Part shown: positions 41,257 to 50,688 of the stretch, in pieces
How the letters are laid out: the number at the start of each line of letters is the position of its first letter
How positions within the stretch are numbered: the first letter of the stretch is position 1
From: Acidobacteria bacterium RIFCSPLOWO2_12_FULL_66_21
GTDB lineage: Bacteria; Acidobacteriota; Vicinamibacteria; Vicinamibacterales; 2-12-FULL-66-21
Length of the DNA stretch: 64,000 nucleotides
Direction: 5' to 3'
Assembly (NCBI GenBank): GCA_001767455.1
Contig: MELC01000044.1
Span: 30,163 to 94,162 of the forward strand
Program-made: the position numbers and the translations under genes
The notes under the pieces: generated by a model
Seen by the model: only the letters and a program-made list of their open reading frames with translations
Databases searched by the model: none
Told to the model about the DNA's origin: nothing

Positions 41257-42978
41257 ATGCGCTTTTCGGCATCTCTCGTCCTTTTCTTCCTCGCTCTCGC
41301 GGGCGTTGCGGCCGCGCAGGTGCCGCCTCCAATACCACCCCCGCCGCCTCCGACGCGCACTGCACCGTCGCGCGATACATCAACACAGGACAAGGTGGGC
41401 ACGGCCGTACTGGCTGGCCGCGTGACGAGCGCCGACGGGCGGCCGCTTCGGCGGGCGCAGGTTCGCGCCACCGCGCCGGAGCTGCGCGAAGGACGCACGG
41501 TCTCGACCGACGCCGAGGGCCGGTGGCGCCTGAAAGAGATGCCGGCGGGCCGTTACGCGCTCAGCGTGTCGAAAGGCGGATATGTAACGATCGCCTATGG
41601 CCAGCGCCGATCGTTCGAGCAGGGGAAACCGATAGAACTGGCAGACGGGCAAACCCTCGCAAATGTCGACGTCGCGTTGCCGCGCGGCGGCGTGGTGACG
41701 GGACGCATCGCCGACGAGTACGGGGAGCCGCTGACCGGTGTCCGCGTGAGCGCGGTGCGTTATCGCTTCAGCGGGGGTCAGCGCCGCCTGATGGCTGTAG
41801 GAGCGGGCGTCACGACCGACGACATCGGCCAGTACAGGCTCTATGGCCTTTCTCCCGGCGAGTACTACGTCGCCGCGACGCTCGGCGGCATCATCCTGTC
41901 CCTCGACAAGTCGGACGACAAGACGAGCTACCTCACCACCTATTTCCCCGGCGCCACCGCGGTGGCCGACGCCCAGCGAGTGACGGTCCCCGAAGGACAG
42001 GAGGTGCAGGGCGTAAGCTTTGCGCTCGCCGCAGGGCGGGTGGCGAAGGTGTCTGGCACCGCCGTCAGCTCAGCCGGAAAGCCTCTCGTTGCCGGCGCAG
42101 TCTTGATGACAGCGACGAGCGGTGCCACGGAATTCATTGGCGTCGCCAGGCTCACTCCCGACGGGAAGTTTTCGTTTTCGAGTGTGCCGGCCGGCGAGTA
42201 CATGGTGCAGCTCACGACCGAGGTCGACGCCGCAGCCTCGGCGCCGACGACCGGCAGCATGACGGCTGCGGAGGTCGCCGTGTTGCCGCTGACGGTGACC
42301 GGCGCCGACGTCTCCGACATCGCAGTCGTCACGGCGCCGATGGCCGTCGCGAAAGGGCGCCTGACGTTCGACGGAGGGAAACCGCCAGCGGCGAGCCCGG
42401 GCTCCATGTCCGTGACTACAGGTTCCACCTCCGTGCAGGGTGGATCGGTCGGCGGCGGCCAGGTGCGCGTGCGCGAGGACTGGACGTTTGAATCCACCGG
42501 CATCGTGGGCCGCAGGACCCTCCGCACGTTGCTTCCGCCGGGATGGTGGTTGAGGTCGGTGATGTTGAACGGCACCGACGTCACCGACAGCGGGATCGAC
42601 TTCAAACCCGGTGAAACGATCGCCGGGTTCGATCTGCTGGTGACGAACCGGATGGCATCGTTGAGCGGAAGCGTTCTGAACGCGAAGGGGCAGCCGGTCA
42701 ACGACTACGCGGTCGTCGCGTTCGCGTCCGACAGCAGCAAGTGGGGCTACGCGACGCGCTTCGTCCGTAACGGCCGGCCGGATCAGTCCGGTCAATTCCG
42801 GATCACCGGCCTGCCCGGGGAGGATTATCTGGTTGTCGCACTCGATTATCTCGAGCCGGGCGAAGAAAGCGACCCGGAGCTGCTCGAGCGGCTCAGGGCG
42901 CAAGCGACGGCCATCAAGCTTCGCGACGGTGAAGAGAAGACAATCGTCCTGAAGCAACTCGTGACGCGGGGCTCGTAG
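41257..42978 (+). CDS. Secreted multi-domain carboxypeptidase-regulatory-like (CarboxypepD_reg) protein
   Basis: Signal peptide. Repeated 'GRVTSADGRPLRRAQVRA...TDAEGRWRLKEMPAGRYALSV' and 'GRIADEYGEPLTGVRVSA...TDDIGQYRLYGLSPGEYYV' modules. Confidence 0.8.
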   Translation: MRFSASLVLFFLALAGVAAAQVPPPIPPPPPPTRTAPSRDTSTQDKVGTAVLAGRVTSADGRPLRRAQVRATAPELREGRTVSTDAEGRWRLKEMPAGRYALSVSKGGYVTIAYGQRRSFEQGKPIELADGQTLANVDVALPRGGVVTGRIADEYGEPLTGVRVSAVRYRFSGGQRRLMAVGAGVTTDDIGQYRLYGLSPGEYYVAATLGGIILSLDKSDDKTSYLTTYFPGATAVADAQRVTVPEGQEVQGVSFALAAGRVAKVSGTAVSSAGKPLVAGAVLMTATSGATEFIGVARLTPDGKFSFSSVPAGEYMVQLTTEVDAAASAPTTGSMTAAEVAVLPLTVTGADVSDIAVVTAPMAVAKGRLTFDGGKPPAASPGSMSVTTGSTSVQGGSVGGGQVRVREDWTFESTGIVGRRTLRTLLPPGWWLRSVMLNGTDVTDSGIDFKPGETIAGFDLLVTNRMASLSGSVLNAKGQPVNDYAVVAFASDSSKWGYATRFVRNGRPDQSGQFRITGLPGEDYLVVALDYLEPGEESDPELLERLRAQATAIKLRDGEEKTIVLKQLVTRGS

Positions 42979-42983
42979 CCGAA

Positions 42984-43331
42984 TCAGGACTTCTGGACTG
43001 CCTCGCCGCGCACCCAGTCGGCGATGCGCTCGCGCGACCACTCATGGTCGTCGTTGAGGTGCACCATCAGCGCCGCGATGGGCAGGTGCTTGTGACAGCC
43101 CCCGGGGCAATGCCGCACGGTGCTCTCGAGGAAGTCGAACAGGCGCCACACGCGCGGGTGGAAGCCACGCACGTCACGTGGCAGCAGGAAGATGCCCTCA
43201 TACGCGGCGCCGAGCGCGTCCGACCCGCCGTTTTCGCCGAAGTACTCGCCGAAGGATTGCACCGGCCGGCGGCCGACGCCGGTCATGATCGCCTGCGCGA
43301 GATCGGAGGCTTCGTCCTGCACTGCGGTCAT
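42984..43331 (-). CDS. Hypothetical protein (115 aa)
   Basis: Clean ORF with a 'CPGGCHKHLPIAALMVHLNDDHEWSRERIADW' motif. No assignable family. Confidence 0.5.
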   Translation of the reverse strand: MTAVQDEASDLAQAIMTGVGRRPVQSFGEYFGENGGSDALGAAYEGIFLLPRDVRGFHPRVWRLFDFLESTVRHCPGGCHKHLPIAALMVHLNDDHEWSRERIADWVRGEAVQKS

Positions 43332-43395
43332 GGAGCACCTCTCTCTGATCCCATCCTAAACCTCCGCGCGCCGAAGTCAACAGCGTTGGGATCCT

Positions 43396-44352
43396 CTATC
43401 GGGCTGCCGCGGCGCTGTCGAACAGGCCGCTCACGGATTGCCCGACGTGAATGCGCCGAATCGCCTCCGCGAGGAGCGGCGCCACGGACAACACGGTCAT
43501 GTTCGGCAGCCGCTTGCCTGTCGGGACCGGCACGGTGTCGGTCGTCACGATCTCGGAGACGTCGGACTGCGCGCGCAGGCGGTCGATCGCCTTGCCGGTG
43601 AACAGGCCGTGGGTACACGCGACCACGATTCGCTTGACACGGAATTCGCGGAGCCTCTCCAGTATCTCCACGATGGTGCCGCCGTTCGCAATCTCGTCGT
43701 CGAGGACGATGACGTTCTTCCCCTCCACGTGCCCGACGATCGCGTCGATGACGACCCGGTCGTCGCTCAATCGCTTCTTGCTGCCGGCGGCAACGGGCAG
43801 CTTGAGCAGGCGGGCGAGGTGGGACGCCTCCTTTGCGTTGCCGAGGTCTGGCGAGACGATGACCGTGTTGGTCAGCTTCCCGCGACGGAAATGCGCGGCG
43901 AGGACCTCGAGCGCCGTCATGTGATCGACCGGCACGCTGAAGAACCCGTGCACCTGGGGAGAATGCAGGGTCATCGTGAGGACCCGGTTCGCGCCGGCGG
44001 TCGACAGGAGATCCGCGACGAGCCGCGCGGCGATGGAAATGCGCGGCGCGTCCTTCTTGTCCGAACGCGCATACGCGAAATGCGGTATCACGGCGGTGAT
44101 CCGCGCCGCCGAAGCGCCTCGCGCCGCATCCAGCATCAGCAGGAGCTCCATCAGATGTTCCTGCACCGGCGGCACCAGCGGCTGGATGAGGAACACGTCA
44201 GCCTCGCGGCAATTGGCCCCGAGCTGGACGCCGAGACAGTCGTTGCTGAACCGGCTCGTGGTTGACGGGCTGAGGCGAGTCTTTAGACGCCGGCCAATCG
44301 CTTTCGCCAGCTCGGTGTGAGCGCTTCCGCTGAAGACCACAATGCTGTTCAT
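43396..44352 (-). CDS. prs: Ribose-phosphate pyrophosphokinase
   Basis: 'MNSIVVFSGSAHTELAKAI', 'ITAVIPHFAYARSDKK', 'VLTMTLHSPQVHGFF', 'VSPDLGNAKEA', 'VIVLDDEIANGGT' and 'VACTHGLF'. Confidence 0.9.
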   Translation of the reverse strand: MNSIVVFSGSAHTELAKAIGRRLKTRLSPSTTSRFSNDCLGVQLGANCREADVFLIQPLVPPVQEHLMELLLMLDAARGASAARITAVIPHFAYARSDKKDAPRISIAARLVADLLSTAGANRVLTMTLHSPQVHGFFSVPVDHMTALEVLAAHFRRGKLTNTVIVSPDLGNAKEASHLARLLKLPVAAGSKKRLSDDRVVIDAIVGHVEGKNVIVLDDEIANGGTIVEILERLREFRVKRIVVACTHGLFTGKAIDRLRAQSDVSEIVTTDTVPVPTGKRLPNMTVLSVAPLLAEAIRRIHVGQSVSGLFDSAAAAR

Positions 44353-44751
44353 TTCGAGTCCATGGAGGATGCACGCGGGAGCGAGCGCCCCCAATTCAGG
44401 AGGACGTGCAGCACGTCGGGCGGTGCGGTCTCGTCCTGCGGCACGAGCACCAGGAACCGGGTGCGCGCATTATACGTGAGGCGCTGGCGCGCCTGTGGCC
44501 GTCAAGCCCTGACCCCGCGCGGTACGGCGCGAAGTCCTGCCAGATCCGCTGGCAGCGTCGCCGCGTCCACGACGCGCGTGTCCCGCTTCTCCGACTCCCT
44601 CCTTCTCGGTAGACAGCACCACCCTCACAGTCCCACAGTGCGGCCCGAGCGCGGCCGACCACCGGAAGCTCAACCGCAGGGTCTACGCGGATTTCAGCCG
44701 CGAGTGTGGGCGTTACGCGTCCCTTCGACGCGGTCTGTTAGAATGCGGCTC

Positions 44752-46344
44752 ATGACGCCGGACTGTCACCCGGCCAACGGCCCTGCCCTCGACTCCTTCC
44801 CTGGCGACCTCGGACGGGTCATGCACGAGACGCGGCAGCGTTTCGTCGCCACGTTCGGGGCCCGTTGCAACTCCATCCGGATTCTCGTTGACAGCGTGGC
44901 GGCGGACGGCCCGCGGGGGCCGGTGACGGCGCTCAGGCACGTCGTGCATCGACTGAGTGGGCTCGCCGGGACGGTCGGGTTCCCCACGATCAGCGCCCGC
45001 GCCTTCGAGCTGGAACAGCTCGTCGCGGCCGCCGGCGGGGACGTCTTCGACGCGGCGCGCGCGCGCAACACGGTGGAGGCGATGCGCGAGGCCTTCACCA
45101 GGGACCTCGCCGACCCGCCGGCGTGGGCAACGCCGGCGGCAGTCTCCACGGTACGAGGCGCGAAGATCCTCATCGCCGAGGATGAGGCCGACGAGCGAGC
45201 TATCGTGACGGCTTGTCTCGAAAGCGCGGGATACGTCCCGATCGCTGTTTCTTCAGGCGACCTGGTGGTAGACACGGCGCGGGCGGAGAACCCGGCCGTG
45301 ATCCTGCTCGATATCGCCATGCCCCGGCTCGACGGGTACTCGGCGTGCCGGCTGCTCAAGGCGGACCCCGAGCTCGCCGACATCCCGGTGATCTTCATGA
45401 CGACCGGCGCAAATCTCAACGACAGGCTCGCCGGGCTGACGCTTGGGGCTGACGAGTTTTTGAGCAAGCCGGTCGACATGCGCGAGCTGGTCCTGCGAAT
45501 CCAGCTCCTGCTCGAGCGGAGCCGCTCACGCCGTTCGCCGATGGCCCATGAACCCCCTGCCTCGCGGGAGTTGAGCTACGACGCGTTCCTCGCGGTCGCG
45601 AGGGAAGAGATCGCGCGCTCGCCGGCCGCTCTCGCGATCGTCCGCGTCCCGGCCGAGCGCCAGGTGGAGGCTTCCGCCCTCTTGTGCCAGGAGATCCGTG
45701 GCCGCGACGCCATCGGCGCCTACGGGCCGACGCGTCTGCTGATCCTGATGCCGCAGATCGCTGCTGAAGCCGGACGGGATCGGCTCGAATCGGCGGTCGA
45801 TGTACTGACCGCGCGCGGCCTCGGCGGTATCTGCGCGGGAGTCTCCGCCGCTCCGGGCGGCGGAACGAAGACCGCCGAGACGTTGATCGCGGAGGCGGAC
45901 GAGGCGCTGGCGCAGGCGCGGTATCTGGGCGACAAAACGGCCATTTGGAGCGAGCGGCCCCAGCGCCTACTGGCGGCGGCCGCCGCACACACCGTCCTGG
46001 TCGCCGAAGACGATCCAGAGGTGACACGGATCGTCGATGCTCAGATGCGAACGGCCGGCTACAGGACGTTGATCGCCTTCGACGGCGAGCAGGCGCTCGC
46101 CGCCCTGCGCGCCCATGCCCCCGACGTGTTGGTGCTCGATCTGATGATGCCGAAGCTGACCGGCTTCGACGTGCTCACCCAGCTTCGCGAGGTCCCCGCG
46201 CCGCGGCCGCGCATCGTCGTGCTGTCGGCGCGAGGGCGCGAGCAGGACGTGATGCGGGCGTTCGAGCTGGGCGCCGACGACTACATGACGAAGCCGTTCA
46301 ACCCGCAGGAGCTGCTGGCGCGCATCGCTCGGCTGCTCAAGTAG
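44752..46344 (+). CDS. Multi-domain signalling protein: HPt-like, REC, degenerate GGDEF and REC
   Basis: HPt-like 'LRHVVHRLSGLAGTVGFPTISARAFELEQLV'. REC1 'KILIAEDEADER...ILLDIAMPRLDG...SKP'. GGDEF-like region with 'AYGPTRLLILMP' in place of RYGGDEF and 'EADEALAQARYLG'. REC2 'VLVAEDDPEV...LVLDLMMPKLTG...TKPF'. Alternative ATG at 44743. Confidence 0.75.
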   Translation: MTPDCHPANGPALDSFPGDLGRVMHETRQRFVATFGARCNSIRILVDSVAADGPRGPVTALRHVVHRLSGLAGTVGFPTISARAFELEQLVAAAGGDVFDAARARNTVEAMREAFTRDLADPPAWATPAAVSTVRGAKILIAEDEADERAIVTACLESAGYVPIAVSSGDLVVDTARAENPAVILLDIAMPRLDGYSACRLLKADPELADIPVIFMTTGANLNDRLAGLTLGADEFLSKPVDMRELVLRIQLLLERSRSRRSPMAHEPPASRELSYDAFLAVAREEIARSPAALAIVRVPAERQVEASALLCQEIRGRDAIGAYGPTRLLILMPQIAAEAGRDRLESAVDVLTARGLGGICAGVSAAPGGGTKTAETLIAEADEALAQARYLGDKTAIWSERPQRLLAAAAAHTVLVAEDDPEVTRIVDAQMRTAGYRTLIAFDGEQALAALRAHAPDVLVLDLMMPKLTGFDVLTQLREVPAPRPRIVVLSARGREQDVMRAFELGADDYMTKPFNPQELLARIARLLK

Positions 46345-46371
46345 ACGGGACGCCTTCTATTACCAGTCGAG

Positions 46372-47655
46372 TTAGAACCGGAACCCCAACCCGGTCGAGA
46401 GCGAGTACTGCCGCAGGTCACGCCGCTCGACGCGGTCTTCGCGGCTGTAGGAGCCGCGCAGGCGCAGCTCGAGGCGGCCGCGCAGGATGACTGTGGCCTC
46501 GGCCGCACCCACGTCAGAATCGAGCACCTCGAGGTCGTTGCGATTGCGGAGCTCTTCGCGCCACCCGCCCCGGCCGTACCGCAGGCCAACATACGTGCCG
46601 GTGTTCCCGAAGTACCGCCGGAACGATCCGTGATACGAGCGCGATGTGCCCGCCGAATCGGGCAGAACGAAAGCCTGTCCGGTGAACAGCCAGCTCCCGT
46701 AATACTTGCTGAGCGATCCGGCGTAGATGTTGACGCCGCGTCCGAAGCCGAGCCGGCGGAATCCCACCGACCCCTCGAATCCGGCGCCCAGGCTCTGATA
46801 GAGATCCGCCGCATAGCGATATTCCGGATACAGGAGGGCTTTCGGCGAATAGGCGCCGGCCACGTAGGCGTAGGTGCCCGGTCGCAGCCGCGGGTACATC
46901 TCGAACTCGAACTGGTCGTCTTCGATCCCGAACCGTTCCGCGCGCCACCCCTTGAGGAGGATCGATCCAATGGGGGTCGTGCGACCCACGCTCACCTGCC
47001 ATTCCCGCCACGCGACGCGATGGTCGCTGAACGCGTCGTAGGAGGCGCCGACGCGCGCCTGCCAATGACGCAGGCTTTCCCGCAGGCTTCGCCGCATCTG
47101 ATCGCCTTCCGCGTTGCGTGGATCGATCGTCAGCAGGCGCTCGAGCACGTCGCGCGCCTCCTTTGAACGCTTCAGCGCGACCAGGGCGCGCACCCTCGCG
47201 AGCAGGTAATGTGGATCGTTTGGCCGGTTGCGCAAGGCCCGGCGGGCCAGCTCCTCGGCCCGATCGGGATGATGCGACCACAGTTCGACGTTGATCATCG
47301 CCGGCAGCGCGTCGCCGTGCGTCGGGCTCTCGGCGAGGATCGCCTCGAGCTCCCGCCGCGCTTCGTCATAGCGGCCCTCCCAGGACAGGATGGTGCCAAG
47401 CAGGACGCGTGCGTCGATGTCTCTGGGCGACCCGGCCAGATGCTTCTCCAGCAGCTCGATGGCTTCGACGCGGTGGCTCGCGACGGCGAGCGCGCGCGCC
47501 CGCGTCACGACATCGTCCGCCTCCGCCGAAGGCTTCGGCGTGACCTCGCCGACGCGCGGGCGCGAAGGCGGGCTCTGTCCGGCGCCGAGCTGGGCTGCGG
47601 CGCACACCACCATCACCAGCACCGCGCCGACGAGTGTCTGTCGCCGGAAGGTCAT
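46372..47655 (-). CDS. TPR plus YaiO-family outer-membrane beta-barrel protein
   Basis: Signal peptide 'MTFRRQTLVGAVLVMVVCAAAQ'. TPR helices, then a YaiO-like barrel 'WQARVGASYDAFSDHRVAWREWQVSVGR...' ending 'YSLSTGLGFRF'. Confidence 0.75.
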   Translation of the reverse strand: MTFRRQTLVGAVLVMVVCAAAQLGAGQSPPSRPRVGEVTPKPSAEADDVVTRARALAVASHRVEAIELLEKHLAGSPRDIDARVLLGTILSWEGRYDEARRELEAILAESPTHGDALPAMINVELWSHHPDRAEELARRALRNRPNDPHYLLARVRALVALKRSKEARDVLERLLTIDPRNAEGDQMRRSLRESLRHWQARVGASYDAFSDHRVAWREWQVSVGRTTPIGSILLKGWRAERFGIEDDQFEFEMYPRLRPGTYAYVAGAYSPKALLYPEYRYAADLYQSLGAGFEGSVGFRRLGFGRGVNIYAGSLSKYYGSWLFTGQAFVLPDSAGTSRSYHGSFRRYFGNTGTYVGLRYGRGGWREELRNRNDLEVLDSDVGAAEATVILRGRLELRLRGSYSREDRVERRDLRQYSLSTGLGFRF

Positions 47656-47783
47656 CGTGGTCGAGCGTGTGTTCGCATTCGGCAAACCGAGGTACACTCC
47701 TGGAATATCCCTCATGGCGCTGAACCCTGCTGTGCAATTGGGCACACGGGGCGACCCGGGGGCGGCATAACATCCGCTCGTCC

Positions 47784-48854
47784 ATGCTCCGGACCGCCGA
47801 GCTCCTCCGTCAGATCCTGGTCCCTTTTCTCTTGATCGGCGGGTCGCTGCTCGGCGTGCTGCTCGCCTATCTCGTCATCCAGCGCGTGATTCGTGACCTG
47901 GCCGCAAGGCGGCGCCGGATGCTCGTCACGCGGTATCGACCGGTGATCGACGCGATCACACAGTTCGGTCCGACGCCGCAGGCGCTCGATCGGCTCTGCC
48001 GGGCGCCGGCATCGCACCGGTCGATCGTCGCCGGCCTCCTGCTGGCGCCGCTGCGCTCGGCGCGTGGCGACCTCGTCTCGCACGTGCGGCAGGCGGCGGT
48101 GGCGATCGGGCTCATTGACCACTGGCTCGCCGGTCTGCAGGATCGACGTTGGTGGCGGCGCACGGAGGCCGTCAGGGCGCTCGGGTCCGTCGGGGAGCTG
48201 TCGGCGCTGCCAGCCCTCATCCGGGCGCTTGATGACGAGCACGAAGAAGTTCGGGCGGCAGCGGTCGAGGCGGCCGGCCTTGTCGGGGACGCGCGCGCGA
48301 TCCCTGCGCTCCTCGGGCACCTCGCCGACGGCTCGCATTACCAGCGCGCGCGGGTTGTGGAGGCGCTGCGCGTCCTCGGGCCGCCGGTCACGCCTGCCCT
48401 CGTCGAGCTTGCGCGCGCGCGTCCGGACCAGACCCGGCTTGTGGCGGACGTACTCGGGCTGATTGGGACGGTCGCCGCGATCGATCCGTTGCTGCAGTGG
48501 TGCGGAGACTCGCGCAGCGAGGTGCGCGCCGCCGCGCTCGCGGCCCTCGGATCCATCGGTCTCGACGACCGGAGCTATTACTACGCGCTGCGGGCGCTCG
48601 GCGATCGCGATCCGCAGGTGCGCGCCATGGGCGCTCGCGCGCTCGGTCGGAGCTCCCGGCAGGAGGCAGCCTCCTACCTCGCCGAGCGGCTCGACGATGA
48701 ATGGCTGGCGGCGGCACATGCGGCCGCCGCGCTGCGCCGGCTCGGCGCAGCGGGACGCGTCGCGCTCGAAGCCCGTGCACACGACCAGGGACAGGCCGGC
48801 GACCTCGCGCGCCAGATGCTGTGGGAGCGGCAGCCGATCGCCGCTGGGGCCTGA
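47784..48854 (+). CDS. Membrane-anchored HEAT-repeat protein
   Basis: N-terminal TM segment 'ILVPFLLIGGSLLGVLLAYLVI'. Five or more HEAT/PBS-lyase-type repeats ('RRTEAVRALGSVGELSALPALIRALDDEHEEVRAAAVEAAGLVGDARAIPALL'). Confidence 0.75.
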   Translation: MLRTAELLRQILVPFLLIGGSLLGVLLAYLVIQRVIRDLAARRRRMLVTRYRPVIDAITQFGPTPQALDRLCRAPASHRSIVAGLLLAPLRSARGDLVSHVRQAAVAIGLIDHWLAGLQDRRWWRRTEAVRALGSVGELSALPALIRALDDEHEEVRAAAVEAAGLVGDARAIPALLGHLADGSHYQRARVVEALRVLGPPVTPALVELARARPDQTRLVADVLGLIGTVAAIDPLLQWCGDSRSEVRAAALAALGSIGLDDRSYYYALRALGDRDPQVRAMGARALGRSSRQEAASYLAERLDDEWLAAAHAAAALRRLGAAGRVALEARAHDQGQAGDLARQMLWERQPIAAGA

Positions 48855-48856
48855 CG

Positions 48857-50269
48857 ATGCTGAGGCACTACGTCTCGGACGGGCTCGCCCTCCTCGATCT
48901 GGCGATCCTCGGGTACTTTCTCGCCATTAACACCCTCTATCTACTGTTCTGCGTCGTCGCCTACGGGCAGCTTCGGCAGTACAGGCGCCGCTGGACCGGC
49001 CGCGAGCTCGACGCCGTGATGCGATCGCCCGCCACGCCCGCCATCTCGGTCGTCGCGCCGGCGTACAACGAGGAGGCCACCCTCGCCGAGAGCGTTCGCT
49101 CGCTGCTGCTTTTGAACTACCCGCAGTTCGAGGTCATCGTGGTGAGTGACGGCTCGACGGACGGTACGCTCGCGGTGGGCGTGCGCGAGTTCGACCTGGT
49201 GCGGGCGCCGGTGAGCTACGCCCAGCCGATTCACACGCAGCCGGTGCGCGGCATCTACCAATCGCTCGCGCACCCGGAGCTCGTGATGATCGACAAGGAG
49301 AACGGTGGCAAGGCGGACGCGATCAACGCCGGCATCAACGCGGCACGCTATCCGCTCGTCTGCGTCATCGACGCCGACTCGCTGCTCGAGGAACACTCGC
49401 TCAGCCGAACGGTGCTTCCCTTCATCGAGGACCCCGACACGATCGCGGCAGGCGGGATCGTCCGCATCGCGAACGGCTGCCGCGTCGAGCGCGGGCGCGT
49501 GACCGAGGTCAGGCTCCCGCGCAGCCACCTCGCGATGTTCCAGACAGTCGAGTACTTGCGGGCCTTCCTCGCCGGCCGCGTCGCCCAGTCGGCCGTCAAC
49601 GGACTCCTCATCATCTCGGGGGCGTTCGGCCTCTTCAAGCGCGACGCCGTCGTCGAGGTCGGCGGCTTCCGCCCCGATACGATCGGCGAGGATATGGAGC
49701 TCGTCACCCGGCTCCATCGGGTCTACCGGGAGCGCGGCCGGCGCTTCCGCATCGTCTTCCAGCCCGAGCCGACCTGCTGGACCGAGGCGCCCGAGTCGCT
49801 GCGGATGCTCGCCCGCCAGCGGAACCGGTGGCAGCGCGGGACGTTACAAGTGCTCGGCTACCACGCCCGGATGCTGTTCAACCCGCGGTACGGCGTGATC
49901 GGCCTGCTCGCGATGCCGTACTACCTCGTCTTCGAGGCGGCGGGCCCGGTCATCGAGCTCACCGGGTACGTGCTGACCGCGCTGGCGATCCCCTTCGGCC
50001 TGCTCGACTGGCGGTTCGCGGAGCTCTTCTTCCTTGCCGCCGTCGTGTATGGCAGCTTGCTCTCGGTGGCCTCCGTCGCGCTGGAGGAACTGTCCTTCCG
50101 CAGATACCCGAAGGTGACCGATCTCCTGCGGCTCGCCGCGTACGGCGTGCTGGAGAACTTCGGGTACCGGCAGCTCGCGACGTGGTGGCGGATCGTGGGG
50201 ATCGTCGACTACTTCAAGGGCAAGCAGGGATGGGGAACGATGAAGCGGAAGGGGTTTGCTCCGACGTGA
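48857..50269 (+). CDS. Processive family-2 glycosyltransferase (PgaC/IcaA/YaiP-like polysaccharide synthase)
   Basis: 'ISVVAPAYNEEATLAESVRSLLLLNYPQFEVIVVSDGSTDGT', 'NGGKADAINAGI', 'VIDADSLL', 'GEDMEL' and 'QRNRWQRG' (QxxRW). Flanking TM helices. Starts 2 nt after the HEAT gene stop. Confidence 0.85.
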   Translation: MLRHYVSDGLALLDLAILGYFLAINTLYLLFCVVAYGQLRQYRRRWTGRELDAVMRSPATPAISVVAPAYNEEATLAESVRSLLLLNYPQFEVIVVSDGSTDGTLAVGVREFDLVRAPVSYAQPIHTQPVRGIYQSLAHPELVMIDKENGGKADAINAGINAARYPLVCVIDADSLLEEHSLSRTVLPFIEDPDTIAAGGIVRIANGCRVERGRVTEVRLPRSHLAMFQTVEYLRAFLAGRVAQSAVNGLLIISGAFGLFKRDAVVEVGGFRPDTIGEDMELVTRLHRVYRERGRRFRIVFQPEPTCWTEAPESLRMLARQRNRWQRGTLQVLGYHARMLFNPRYGVIGLLAMPYYLVFEAAGPVIELTGYVLTALAIPFGLLDWRFAELFFLAAVVYGSLLSVASVALEELSFRRYPKVTDLLRLAAYGVLENFGYRQLATWWRIVGIVDYFKGKQGWGTMKRKGFAPT

Positions 50270-50310
50270 ACCCGCGCGCCCGCCCTGAGCGAGAGAAGTG
50301 AGTCGAAGGG

Positions 50311-50688
50311 TCAGGGGTTGAGCTGCGATTCGACGAGCGCCCGCACGTCCCCCGGCAGCGTGCGGGGATCGAACGGCTTGATCAAGACGCCCGCCGCTCC
50401 AAGAGCCCTCAGGCGCTCGACCTCGACCCGCATGGCCTTGGCCGTAAGGAAGATCACCGGGGTCGCGGCCGTGGCAGGTTGCGAGCGGAGCGCCGCCAGC
50501 GTCGCAGAGCCGTCCATCACCGGCATCATCATGTCGAGCAGGATCACGTCGGGCTGCTCGTTCTGGGCTTTGCGCACACCCTCGGCGCCGCCGGCGGCCT
50601 CGACCACCTCCATGCCGCCCAGGCGACTGAGGCTCAGCCGCGCAATCGACCGGATGTCCGCGTCGTCGTCGATGATCAAGACCTTCAT
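50311..50688 (-). CDS. Single-domain (CheY-like) response regulator
   Basis: 'MKVLIIDDDADIR...VILLDMMMPVMDG...VIFLTAK...IKPFDP'. The start overlaps the kinase stop (ATGA). Confidence 0.9.
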   Translation of the reverse strand: MKVLIIDDDADIRSIARLSLSRLGGMEVVEAAGGAEGVRKAQNEQPDVILLDMMMPVMDGSATLAALRSQPATAATPVIFLTAKAMRVEVERLRALGAAGVLIKPFDPRTLPGDVRALVESQLNP

